This document shows positions 27,473 through 36,293 of a stretch of DNA of 63,290 nucleotides, piece after piece. The stretch lies in the NCBI GenBank assembly GCA_015222205.1, contig JADFUW010000027.1, positions 1-63,290 of the forward strand. The letters are read 5' to 3'. The translations under genes were made by a program, and so were the position numbers. The stretch's first letter is position 1; each line of letters begins with the position of its first letter. The notes below the pieces were generated by a model. That model did not search any database and was not told the origin of the DNA. It saw nothing but the letters and a program-made list of their open reading frames with translations. The DNA is from Chloroflexota bacterium (GTDB lineage: Bacteria; Chloroflexota; Dehalococcoidia; Dehalococcoidales; UBA5760).

Positions 27473-28555
27473 TTAAGGTGTGTCAAGGTCGTTGTGCCAG
27501 ATGAGATAGGTCTCAAACAGGTAATCGCCGGAGTTCCAGGCTGTCATCTGACCACTAGCACCAGGGGTAGTGGTGCTATAGTCGCTGGATGGGACGAGCC
27601 ATATCTTGGCGCCGAGTGCCAAGTTGTCATCGGGCGAAGTTGGCAGGTCTATAGCAAGGTCTTGTGAACCCGACGTAGATACGATAGCGCCCGAGCCATC
27701 GGTGGTAAAGGTGGCAATCAGAGCACCAGGATTGTTGCCCGCCCATGGGTCGGCGTAGTAGATGAGGCTGTAATCGGTAGTGTTCTGAAGTCCAATGGCA
27801 CTGAAGGTGTAGTCAAAGGTTGAGCCCACCGTGTTGTAATCCAGGTATCCTGCCGTGCCATCACCGAACAGCACCAACCAGTTCTGGCTTTCATCCTTGT
27901 TCTCCAATACTAGCTGGGTGCCTGGCATCTGCTGGGCAAGGAACTCAACGGTGAAGGTCAGGGTATCGCCCTGATACTCATTGCCGGTAGCAGCATCCAG
28001 GTGATAGCTCTGGATGACATGCATCTTTCCACCCGGCGGAATTGAGCCCAATGGTACAGACACGCTGGCGAGGTCGCTAATGAGCACATTCTCGTTAAAC
28101 AGGGTCTGGTGCCATTGGTCCGTCGTTCCCCCAGTTGTAGGGTCGATAATCTCCGAGGACAGGTCATACAAAATCCAGGCATCGATGTCGTTAATGCTGT
28201 CGTTGGGGTCTACCTGCCACTCAGGCTCAGAAGAACATGTGGCACTCCCTACAGGATACGCTGGAGTACCACCGCCGGTGACGAAATCCGTGAGGTGCTT
28301 CCAGACGACGCAGGGGTTAGTGCCCACGTTGGTGATGTCATACTCTACATACCACGTCTCACACGGCTTGGCATCTTCAATGGTGAACGGCGCTGACCAC
28401 GGGTTATCGCCATCAATGGCGATGTCAATGGTTCCCGCCGAGAAGGTGTTATCCGTGCTGGTCTCAGTATCGGTGAACAAAGCCCAGGTTCCACTAGCCA
28501 CCAGGCTGATTACCACCGCTACCGCAATCGCTAAGCCAAGTATTCTCTTTTTCAT
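27473..28555 (-). CDS. TasA/CalY (camelysin) family fibre subunit with an extra C-terminal domain
   Basis: GTWA|LFTDTETSTDNTFSAGTIDI SipW-type N-terminus; ITNVG and GNEYQGDTLTFTVEFLAQQ motifs. Confidence 0.85.
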   Translation of the reverse strand: MKKRILGLAIAVAVVISLVASGTWALFTDTETSTDNTFSAGTIDIAIDGDNPWSAPFTIEDAKPCETWYVEYDITNVGTNPCVVWKHLTDFVTGGGTPAYPVGSATCSSEPEWQVDPNDSINDIDAWILYDLSSEIIDPTTGGTTDQWHQTLFNENVLISDLASVSVPLGSIPPGGKMHVIQSYHLDAATGNEYQGDTLTFTVEFLAQQMPGTQLVLENKDESQNWLVLFGDGTAGYLDYNTVGSTFDYTFSAIGLQNTTDYSLIYYADPWAGNNPGALIATFTTDGSGAIVSTSGSQDLAIDLPTSPDDNLALGAKIWLVPSSDYSTTTPGASGQMTAWNSGDYLFETYLIWHNDLDTP

Positions 28556-28720
28556 TTCTATTATCTCCTTTAATTAATACCGATATTATTCGCCAATTGG
28601 CGAACTCGAAGGGTTAAAAAAATCCTGTTCTCTTTTAATGCACCTCCTTTCATATCTTTATTTAATGCGCTTTTTGTGTCTCTATCTAGTTATGCTGTTC
28701 CCAAGGCATCACCCCTTTTA

Positions 28721-29212
28721 TTAGGCTACCTTCTCAGATTCCCTCAGTTTTTTGCGTATGTCCCGGATAAGGAAGGCAACCAGGACGGCAGCCGGAATAA
28801 CAACTACCAACAACCAGCCGGGCTTGGTCCGGATGAAATTGGACACATAACCCATGCCGGGAATTTTGAATAAGTAAACACCTCTGACATCGGACAGGCT
28901 GACTGCCCACGGGTCAGTGTCTTCCACGGCGTCACCCTTGGTGAGCAGGGTGCTACCATCAACCGAGAGCACCCTGTGCGTGACTAGCTCCGCCCCATGG
29001 AGGTAGGTTACGATGCTCCCCGGTTTTGCCTCACCGCGTATTGGGCCATCTAAGGGACCAATGACTACCATATCCCCCATATTGATAGCTGGCTTCATGC
29101 TCTCACTCCTCACCAGGTACATGTTGTAGTCAGGTGAGAAATGCACAAAAACAAACCCGCCGATAACAACAGCCAGTACTGTGAAAACTACCCAGCCAAG
29201 AACCTTCTTCAC
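28721..29212 (-). CDS. sipW: Signal peptidase I, SipW/ER type (S26B)
   Basis: VRSESMKPAINMGD, VTHRV (Ser-His) and TKGDA..D motifs; N- and C-terminal TMs. Confidence 0.92.
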   Translation of the reverse strand: MKKVLGWVVFTVLAVVIGGFVFVHFSPDYNMYLVRSESMKPAINMGDMVVIGPLDGPIRGEAKPGSIVTYLHGAELVTHRVLSVDGSTLLTKGDAVEDTDPWAVSLSDVRGVYLFKIPGMGYVSNFIRTKPGWLLVVVIPAAVLVAFLIRDIRKKLRESEKVA

Positions 29213-29306
29213 TATCTAAATCACCTCGAGATAAACCAGCAGCTTCCTGTATCTATGCCTCTATTTAGTTAGTCGCTGATTGGGGGAGAAATCCCTCATA
29301 TGGGTG

Positions 29307-29334
29307 AGTATACACCTAAATTACTAAATGTCAA
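29307..29334 (-). promoter_or_regulatory. Sigma70-like promoter of the sipW operon
   Basis: Minus-strand TTGACA-16-TATACT. Confidence 0.55.
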
Positions 29335-29516
29335 CATATATTAACCTCATTTTAAGTTACCATTGGATAAATTTAGATACTATTGGTGCTTGTCAATACC
29401 CTTCTAACAGAAGCTATCCAACACTCCGCTATAATGTTAAGTAAAGGCAAGGTAATTGAACTTGCCTTTTCTCTTATGGGATATATATAGTATTAGTACT
29501 AATGTATTATGCTTTA

Positions 29517-29799
29517 TCAAGCGAGGCTGGTAGGGCAAGTGTGGTCAAATGCTTTAACGCTGACCTTCGGGCAAGAGGGCTTACCATTTTTTGTGTTGAT
29601 TTCCTTAAGCAGCTCGTTATCCAGAGCTTGCTGAGCTATTATCCGCTTCAGCCTGGCGTTTTCTTCCTCCAATACCTTCAAGTGTTTAAGCTCAGGGAGA
29701 GTCATCCCACCATATCTGCTTGTTTTCACGATTACCCTCCTGTAGTTATTTTACAGGAGTCTCGCATTCAATGTGGGCCTATTTTCGGGGGGCAGGCCA
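29517..29799 (-). mobile_element. IS3-family remnant: left IR, internally deleted orfA, frameshift site
   Basis: End TGGCCTGCCCCCCGAAAATAGG; MKTSRY fused to GGMTLPELKHLKVLEEENARLKRIIAQQALD; AAAAAATGGTAAG slippery site; no DDE domain. Confidence 0.8.
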
Positions 29800-29951
29800 G
29801 CAGCACTCTTGAATACTTTACTTAATGCCTAACTTAATACCTGCTTCTAGGGCAGTCGTCTTTGTGAACTAGACAGAGATGACCGAAGTGGGGTAATATT
29901 TAACAGGTTATATTATTGGCTGGGGTTAAAGAGCCACCAGGGGGTGATAGA

Positions 29952-31286
29952 ATGAGCGAAAAGGAAAAAGCAAAAGAGTATGTCCTCAAAACAGTCAAGG
30001 ATAGGGATGTCAAGTTAGTAAGTCTCTGGTTCACAGATATTCTAGGCTTTCTTAAGAGTTTTGACATTGCCCCCCGCGGGTTGGAAGGGGCTTTGGCTGA
30101 CGGGATAGGATTTGACGGCTCCTCTGTTGAGGGGTTTGCCAGGGTTGATGAGAGCGATATGATAGCCCTGCCCGACCCGGCTACTTTTCAGGTCCTGCCC
30201 TGGAGCCAAACGGAATATCCGGTAGCTAGAATGTTCTGTGATATTGTAAGACCCGGCGGAAAGCCCTTTGAGGGTGACCCCCGCTATGTATTAAAGAGAA
30301 ACCTCGGGAGAGCATCTGACCTGGGTTATACCTTCAATGTAGGCCCGGAACTGGAGTACTTCTATTTTCAGAACCCAGAGGGGACCCACATTCTGGATGA
30401 AGGTGGTTATTTTGATTTGACGCCTCCTGATATAGCCAGTGGTTTAAGACTGGAGACGGTACTTATCCTGGAGCAGATGGGTATTGGCATTGAGACCAGT
30501 CATCATGAGGTGGCTACGAGCCAGCATGAGATAGACCCGCTTTATACCGATGCCCTGACCATGGCTGAGAGCGTCATGACCTGCCGATTGGTTATTAAAG
30601 AGGTGGCTCAGAGACACGGTGTCTACGCAACTTTTATGCCTAAGCCTATCTTCGGTGTCAACGGTAGTGGTATGCATGTGCACCAGTCATTGTTTCAAGG
30701 TAACAGGAATGCCTTTTTTGATAAGAATGACCCATACTATCTATCAAAAGTAGCTAGACACTACACTGCTGGTCTATTGAAGCATGCTCCTGAGATTACC
30801 TCGGTGGTTAGCCAGTGGCTCAATTCCTATAAGCGGTTGGTTCCCGGCTATGAGGCGCCGGTATATATCTCCTGGGCAAGAAGAAACCGGTCAGATATGA
30901 TTAGGGTTCCTGAGTATCAATTAGGGAGGGAAAAGGCGACCAGGGTTGAATTTAGGGTTCCTGACCCGGCCTGCAATCCTTACCTGGCTTTCAGTGTAAT
31001 GCTAGCCGCTGGTCTGGAGGGCATTGAGCAGAAGTATGAACTGGCTGACCCTGTTGAGGAAAATGTTTTTGAGATGAGCAGTGAGGAGAAGGAGCAAAGG
31101 GGAATAGGTACTTTGCCCATGAACCTGTCTGACGCGATAAGTGTAACCGAAAAAAGTGAGCTGGTAAGAAAAGTCCTTGGCGACCATGTCTTTGATAGCT
31201 TTATCAGAAATAAGAAGATTGAGTGGGAGCAGTACCGTAGTCAGGTAACGGAATATGAACTAAAAAGATACTTACCTATTCTCTAA
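29952..31286 (+). CDS. glnA: Glutamine synthetase type I
   Basis: FDGSS, GPELEY, HHEVA, FMPKP..GVNGSGMH and KRLVPGYEAP motifs. Confidence 0.97.
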   Translation: MSEKEKAKEYVLKTVKDRDVKLVSLWFTDILGFLKSFDIAPRGLEGALADGIGFDGSSVEGFARVDESDMIALPDPATFQVLPWSQTEYPVARMFCDIVRPGGKPFEGDPRYVLKRNLGRASDLGYTFNVGPELEYFYFQNPEGTHILDEGGYFDLTPPDIASGLRLETVLILEQMGIGIETSHHEVATSQHEIDPLYTDALTMAESVMTCRLVIKEVAQRHGVYATFMPKPIFGVNGSGMHVHQSLFQGNRNAFFDKNDPYYLSKVARHYTAGLLKHAPEITSVVSQWLNSYKRLVPGYEAPVYISWARRNRSDMIRVPEYQLGREKATRVEFRVPDPACNPYLAFSVMLAAGLEGIEQKYELADPVEENVFEMSSEEKEQRGIGTLPMNLSDAISVTEKSELVRKVLGDHVFDSFIRNKKIEWEQYRSQVTEYELKRYLPIL

Positions 31287-31318
31287 TTCTCTAACAGGGT
31301 GCTAGCTTACGAAAGACT

Positions 31319-32791
31319 ATGAACTTTGAGACTATTATCGGACTAGAGGTGCATGCCCAGCTACTTACTAAGAGCAAGATGTTCTGTCGCTGCAATGCTG
31401 ATTATGCTGATACTCCACCTAATACCTGTGTCTGTCCGGTGTGCCTGGGGATGCCTGGCGTCCTGCCTGTCATCAATCAGCAGGCGGTGGACTATACAGT
31501 AATGACTGCCCTGGCACTAAACTGCACTATCCCTGGTTACACTAAGTTTGACCGTAAGAACTATCCCTATCCTGATTTGATGAAAGGCTACCAGATTTCG
31601 CAGTATGATGCCCCCCTGGGGCAAAGGGGTTGGTTAATTATTGAGGTTAGTGGTAACAAGAAGAGGGCAGGCATAACTCGTGTTCACCTAGAAGAAGATG
31701 TTGCCAAGCTGGTACATCGTGTCTCTCCGGATGGGAAACCCTATAGTCTGGTGGATGTCAATCGTTCTGGGGTGCCGCTAATGGAGGTTGTGGGTGAGCC
31801 GGACCTGAGTTCCTCTGAAGAAGCCAGGCAATACCTGATAAAGCTACGTAGCATACTTCAATATCTGGGTGTATCTACGGGGAATATGGAAGAGGGGAGC
31901 TTTCGGTGTGATGCCAATATCAGTATTCGTCCTGAGGGTAGCACAGAGCCTCTAGCTAAGGTCGAGGTCAAGAATATGAACAGCTTCAGGGCGGTCTACT
32001 GTGCCTTGGAGTATGAAGCCAGGCGACAGAGAAAGGCAGCTAGCGAGGGCAAAAAACTTGTTCAGGAGACCAGGGGGTGGGTAGAGGAAGGGGGGAAGAC
32101 GGTTTCTATGCGAAGCAAAGAGTATGCCCACGATTACCGCTACTTCCCTGAGCCAGACCTGCCCCCACTAATTCTAAGCCATGAGCGGGTGGAGGCAATA
32201 AGGTCAAGGCTTCCCGAGTTACCCGATGCTAGGCGCCAACGATTCATAGCTGAATATGGCCTCCCGGACTATGATGCCAGCCTGCTTACCAGCTCCCGGG
32301 AAATGGCTGACTATTTTGAAGACTGTTTGAAGGCTGAAGAGCATCAGAAGCTGCTGTCGGCTAAGGGGACTAAGGAGGTGAGTAATTGGCTTCTGGGTGA
32401 GGTTAGCCGTATAATAAACGCTACGGGTAGCAATATAGGTGAGTTCAGAGGAAGAGTTAGTCCTGAGCAGCTTTGTGAACTAATATCATGCTCTCACAGT
32501 AGTATTAATACTGCCACGGCTAAATCTGTGCTTGAGGAGATGTTTAATACTGGGAAAGATGCTGCTGATATTGTTACCCGGCAGGGGCTTAACCAGATAA
32601 GTGATAGTCATGAGCTTGCAAAAACAGTCATTGAAGTGATAGGCTCTAATGCTCAGGCCGTGGCTGATTATAAGGCAGGCAAAGCACAGTCTCTTAAGTT
32701 TCTCCTCGGACAGGTAATGAAGGCAACCCAGGGGCGTGCCAATCCGCAGGTAGTAAACGAATTATTAAAGCGAAAGCTTGAGGAAGAATAG
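31319..32791 (+). CDS. gatB: Asp/Glu-tRNA amidotransferase subunit B
   Basis: IGLEVHAQL, FDRKNYPYPDL, GSFRCDAN and DYRYFPEPDL motifs. Confidence 0.98.
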   Translation: MNFETIIGLEVHAQLLTKSKMFCRCNADYADTPPNTCVCPVCLGMPGVLPVINQQAVDYTVMTALALNCTIPGYTKFDRKNYPYPDLMKGYQISQYDAPLGQRGWLIIEVSGNKKRAGITRVHLEEDVAKLVHRVSPDGKPYSLVDVNRSGVPLMEVVGEPDLSSSEEARQYLIKLRSILQYLGVSTGNMEEGSFRCDANISIRPEGSTEPLAKVEVKNMNSFRAVYCALEYEARRQRKAASEGKKLVQETRGWVEEGGKTVSMRSKEYAHDYRYFPEPDLPPLILSHERVEAIRSRLPELPDARRQRFIAEYGLPDYDASLLTSSREMADYFEDCLKAEEHQKLLSAKGTKEVSNWLLGEVSRIINATGSNIGEFRGRVSPEQLCELISCSHSSINTATAKSVLEEMFNTGKDAADIVTRQGLNQISDSHELAKTVIEVIGSNAQAVADYKAGKAQSLKFLLGQVMKATQGRANPQVVNELLKRKLEEE

Positions 32792-33016
32792 ATGCAAACC
32801 AATCTTAATATAGCCCAGATTATATTATCTATAGCCTTGATACTGATTATTTTATTTCAGGTTAGAGGTGGTGGACTGGGGGGTATCTTTGGTCAGCAGA
32901 GTAGCGTCTATCGGACTAGGCGAGGTGTGGAGCAGATATTGTTTCGACTTACCATCGTCTTTGTGGTTACATTTCTGGTGATCGCGGTGCTGACGCTTAA
33001 GTTGGGCATAGCATGA
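32792..33016 (+). CDS. secG: Preprotein translocase subunit SecG
   Basis: Two TMs, QVRGGGLGGIFG and RTRRGVE motifs. Confidence 0.92.
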   Translation: MQTNLNIAQIILSIALILIILFQVRGGGLGGIFGQQSSVYRTRRGVEQILFRLTIVFVVTFLVIAVLTLKLGIA

Positions 33017-33111
33017 CTAAATAGAGTATACTCCCCTCCAGCCCTAGTCTGAGTGTTTTTTATTGATAGATTATCTTGTGGCTGGCCGGCATGGTCTTTG
33101 GAGGGTAACTT

Positions 33112-33456
33112 CTGGAAGCGATAGAAGTAGCGCGTCGGGTAATAGAGGCTGCTAGTAATAAAAAGGCTACCGATATTGTGTTGCTGGATACTCGGCAGGT
33201 GTGCAGCTTTACCGATTACTTTGTAATGTGCAGTGGTGACAGCCGCCAGCAGATTGAGGCTATTCGTGATGAAGTTAGCCGGGCATTAAAGAAGGAAGGC
33301 GTTTTACCTCACCACTGTGAAGGTACCGTAGACTCAGGATGGCTGCTTATTGATTTTAACGATGTTATCGTGCACATCTTTACCCCCCCCGAGCGGGAAC
33401 GATACCACTTAGACAGGCTATGGAATGAGGCTGCCCTAGTAGTCAGAATCCAGTAA
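33112..33456 (+). CDS. rsfS: Ribosome silencing factor RsfS (probable CTG start)
   Basis: KKATDIVLLD, DYFVMCSG, WLLIDFNDVIVHIF..R..Y.LDRLW motifs; helix 1 lies upstream of the ORF-track start. Confidence 0.92.
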   Translation: MEAIEVARRVIEAASNKKATDIVLLDTRQVCSFTDYFVMCSGDSRQQIEAIRDEVSRALKKEGVLPHHCEGTVDSGWLLIDFNDVIVHIFTPPERERYHLDRLWNEAALVVRIQ

Positions 33457-33479
33457 CCCGGTGCTAATCTATATGGGTT

Positions 33480-33896
33480 TTAAGCGAAAATTTCAGCTTC
33501 GTTAAAGAAGAGTCTAATTTCCTCGGTGGCCGTTTCTGTCGAATCAGAGCCGTGAACACTGTTGTGTTCGATATCTAGGCCAAAGTCACCCCTGATGGTT
33601 CCGGCTTCCGCTTTAGACGGGTCGGTCGGTCCCATTGTTTTTCTAATTAACTCCACTGCCTTATCACCCTCAAAGACCAGGGCGATTATCGGTGCCGAGG
33701 TGATGTAACCTACTAAACTTTCAAAGAAGGGTTTATCTTTGTGGACAGCGTAGTGGCGTTGGGCTAAGGTTTTATCCAGGTGGAGCATCTTTGCTGCTAC
33801 CAACTTGAGTCCTGTTTTCTCCAATCGGCTGATGATAGCGCCCGCCAGACCTCTCTCTAAAGCATCGGGCTTGATAAGTACTAGAGACCTTTGCAT
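33480..33896 (-). CDS. ndk: Nucleoside diphosphate kinase
   Basis: LIKPD, GTIRGDFG and NSVHGSDS motifs. Confidence 0.97.
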   Translation of the reverse strand: MQRSLVLIKPDALERGLAGAIISRLEKTGLKLVAAKMLHLDKTLAQRHYAVHKDKPFFESLVGYITSAPIIALVFEGDKAVELIRKTMGPTDPSKAEAGTIRGDFGLDIEHNSVHGSDSTETATEEIRLFFNEAEIFA

Positions 33897-33931
33897 TTTA
33901 TCTATTTAGCTCCTTTAATTATACTTACTAT

Positions 33932-34597
33932 CTATGAAAGGTTGACCAGACCCTCTAAATCAGCTGCTGTTACCCTCTCCAGGGTATCAACCACCAGGTT
34001 AGCCTCAGCCAGGCTTATCTCAGGGTTAGTATTGGTAACGGCTAGGCAGTGCATGCCAGCCCTCTTGGCAGCTCTAACGCCGGCAATAGCATCCTCAATG
34101 ACGACGCAGTTTTGGGGCTTAATCCCCAGTTTCTCTGCCGCCAGCAGAAAGCCTTGGGGACTTGGTTTACCCTCTGTGACCTCTCTACCAGAGATGACAA
34201 CCTGGAAGCAGTTTTCTATATCTAGTTCCCTGGTGACCAATTGGATATTTGCTATGGGGGCTGATGAAGTCAGTGCCACAGAAAAGCCATACTCTTTAAG
34301 TGATTTTAGCAGTTTTACTGCCCCCGGTAGTGGCTTTACGCTATTTTTAACGCTCTGGCGGAAGTTCTCCTCTTTCTCAGTGGCAATGGCTTCTATTTCA
34401 GCAGGCGAAGTGTCTTTTCCCAGTGTCTTTCTGATTATAGTGTCATTCCTCTGGCCAAAATTGCGCCTGAAGTCAGCCTCGGTAAAGTCTATACCCTGTT
34501 TACGAAAGACCCCTTGCCAGGCTTTGAAGTGATAAGGAGCGGTGTCAGCGATTACCCCGTCCATATCCCAGATTACCGCCTTATTGGGTATTACTAT
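33932..34597 (-). CDS. HAD family phosphatase, beta-PGM-like (probable ATA start)
   Basis: AVIWDMDGV motif I begins before the first ATG; GKPSP and EDAIAG motifs. Confidence 0.88.
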   Translation of the reverse strand: MVIPNKAVIWDMDGVIADTAPYHFKAWQGVFRKQGIDFTEADFRRNFGQRNDTIIRKTLGKDTSPAEIEAIATEKEENFRQSVKNSVKPLPGAVKLLKSLKEYGFSVALTSSAPIANIQLVTRELDIENCFQVVISGREVTEGKPSPQGFLLAAEKLGIKPQNCVVIEDAIAGVRAAKRAGMHCLAVTNTNPEISLAEANLVVDTLERVTAADLEGLVNLS

Positions 34598-35042
34598 TGG
34601 GCTTACCTCCTTCGCTACTAAAAATTATCGTTTTTGAACTGATGTATTGTGTTGCTTTAGCCTCAGTTATTACGGTGCCGTCCCTAAAGGTTAGCCTGGC
34701 TTCAGTCTCGGCAAATCTTCGCTCCTTTCTGGTCACCCAGGCGGTGATAATAAGTGGTTGGCCTATTAAGGCTGGCCGCTTGAGCTTGATTTCCATAGTG
34801 GCGGTGACACCGGCTACCTCCTCGTAGTAGGCGGCGTAAGCCATAGCCTCATCAAGGAGGGTGGTTAGAATGCCGCCATGGATAATTCCTTTCCATCCCT
34901 GGTGTAGCTCAGTCGGCGTAAATTCAGATTTGACTACCTTGCCATCCCAATCAAATTTTAATTTCAGACCGCAAGGGTTATTCTGCCCGCAGCCAAAACA
35001 GAGGTCGCTGGCGGCAACTGATATTTCTTTCCCAGTTTCCAT
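34581..35042 (-). CDS. PaaI/hotdog-fold thioesterase
   Basis: CFGCGQNNPCGL and HQGW.GIIHGGILTTLLDE motifs. Confidence 0.9.
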   Translation of the reverse strand: METGKEISVAASDLCFGCGQNNPCGLKLKFDWDGKVVKSEFTPTELHQGWKGIIHGGILTTLLDEAMAYAAYYEEVAGVTATMEIKLKRPALIGQPLIITAWVTRKERRFAETEARLTFRDGTVITEAKATQYISSKTIIFSSEGGKPNSNTQ

Positions 35043-35062
35043 TTTGAACTTCCATTCTATCG

Positions 35063-35743
35063 TTATCGGTGCTTCGGTTGGGTAATGTTTGGTCGTCTGA
35101 GGTATATCGGATGCAGGGTAGCCGGATTATCATAGTTACCGGCTTCCAGTTGCTTTTGCCCCAGCTCAGCCAGGAAGCCAGCCCGCCGCAATCGGGCTGC
35201 TGGTGATAATACTACTGCTTTTCTCTTAAGCTTATCTCTTAGTTGGGCAGAGGTTGAGGTGGTGAGTTCGCCGCAAAATATAGTCTTGGTGGTTATCTGC
35301 AAGCATAGAGCGTCAACAGTAGTTATATGTTCGCCGGTAATCTGCTGCCACTTATTTTGCTTCATCTGATATGTAGCCGTGGCAATCTCGCCTCTACCGG
35401 CATTAAATATCGGGCAGACAGGTAAATTAGTTTCCGCATGCTGGTAGGCTTCTGCTTCCAGGGTGCTGATACCCACTACAGGGATACCCAGGCTAAAAGC
35501 CAGTCCTTTAGCCGTGCTGATGCCAACTCGTAAGCCGTTGAAGCTTCCTGGTCCCTTGGCTACGATAATGCCGTTTAAGGACTGAAGACTTAACCTACTT
35601 TGCCCCAGGAGGCTAGTCAGGTGAGGTAGTAGCTCGGTAGAGTGGTTTTGTCCACAGCTCCAGGTTAGTTCGGCTATTACTTCGCTCTCTTGGACAAGAG
35701 CCAGGCTAGCCGTATTGGTTGAAGTGTCTATTGCCAGTTGCAT
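35063..35743 (-). CDS. tsaB: t6A37 biosynthesis protein TsaB
   Basis: LAIDTS, GPGSFNGLRVG and PIYLR motifs. Confidence 0.95.
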   Translation of the reverse strand: MQLAIDTSTNTASLALVQESEVIAELTWSCGQNHSTELLPHLTSLLGQSRLSLQSLNGIIVAKGPGSFNGLRVGISTAKGLAFSLGIPVVGISTLEAEAYQHAETNLPVCPIFNAGRGEIATATYQMKQNKWQQITGEHITTVDALCLQITTKTIFCGELTTSTSAQLRDKLKRKAVVLSPAARLRRAGFLAELGQKQLEAGNYDNPATLHPIYLRRPNITQPKHR

Positions 35744-35755
35744 CAGCTGCTCTTT

Positions 35756-36241
35756 CTATGAGTTTAGTGGTAGTTGTTTCAGTTGCATTAGTAATTCTTG
35801 GTAGCGCCTGCCACTGGGTTTGAAGTGGAAACCACGTTTGGTGTCATCCAGATAGCCTATTTCAATCAGCAGGTGCTCTGGTGGTAGTAGCTGTAGACCC
35901 TTCTCTGCCCATTCTACGACACAAACACCGTTACCGTACAGATAGTCATCCAAACCCAGGTCCTCAATCTCCTCTACACGCTCAAGCCGAAAGAGGTCTA
36001 TATGATAGAGGGGTAATCTGCCATAAAGCTCTCTCATTATAACAAAGGAGGGACTTAGCGCATAATCTTTGATATTTAGCCCCCAGGCAATACCCTGGGT
36101 GAGGCAGGTCTTCCCCGTTCCCAGGTTGCCGACTAAGAGAAAAACATCGCCGGCCTGAGCTAGCTCGCCAATACGGACGCCAATTTTTTGAGTCTCTTGT
36201 GGGCTAGGGCTTATTAAATCAAGGTGGTTTTTTTCGTACAT
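35756..36241 (-). CDS. tsaE: t6A37 biosynthesis ATPase TsaE
   Basis: GNLGTGKT, SPSF, HIDLFRL and VEWA motifs. Confidence 0.95.
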   Translation of the reverse strand: MYEKNHLDLISPSPQETQKIGVRIGELAQAGDVFLLVGNLGTGKTCLTQGIAWGLNIKDYALSPSFVIMRELYGRLPLYHIDLFRLERVEEIEDLGLDDYLYGNGVCVVEWAEKGLQLLPPEHLLIEIGYLDDTKRGFHFKPSGRRYQELLMQLKQLPLNS

Positions 36242-36293
36242 TACTTTCAGCCTTTTGGAAACCTGAGTTTTAATGAAATGCTTCCGGTCTCTT

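Noticed and set aside
29213-29500. c-di-GMP riboswitch upstream of sipW
   Set aside because: No GEMM-type GGCAAA/GNRA/receptor pattern found by eye; an Infernal scan would settle it
33891-34532. Long antisense ORFs (also 969-1682, 28014-28577, 45204-45800 and others)
   Set aside because: Shadows of well-supported genes on the opposite strand
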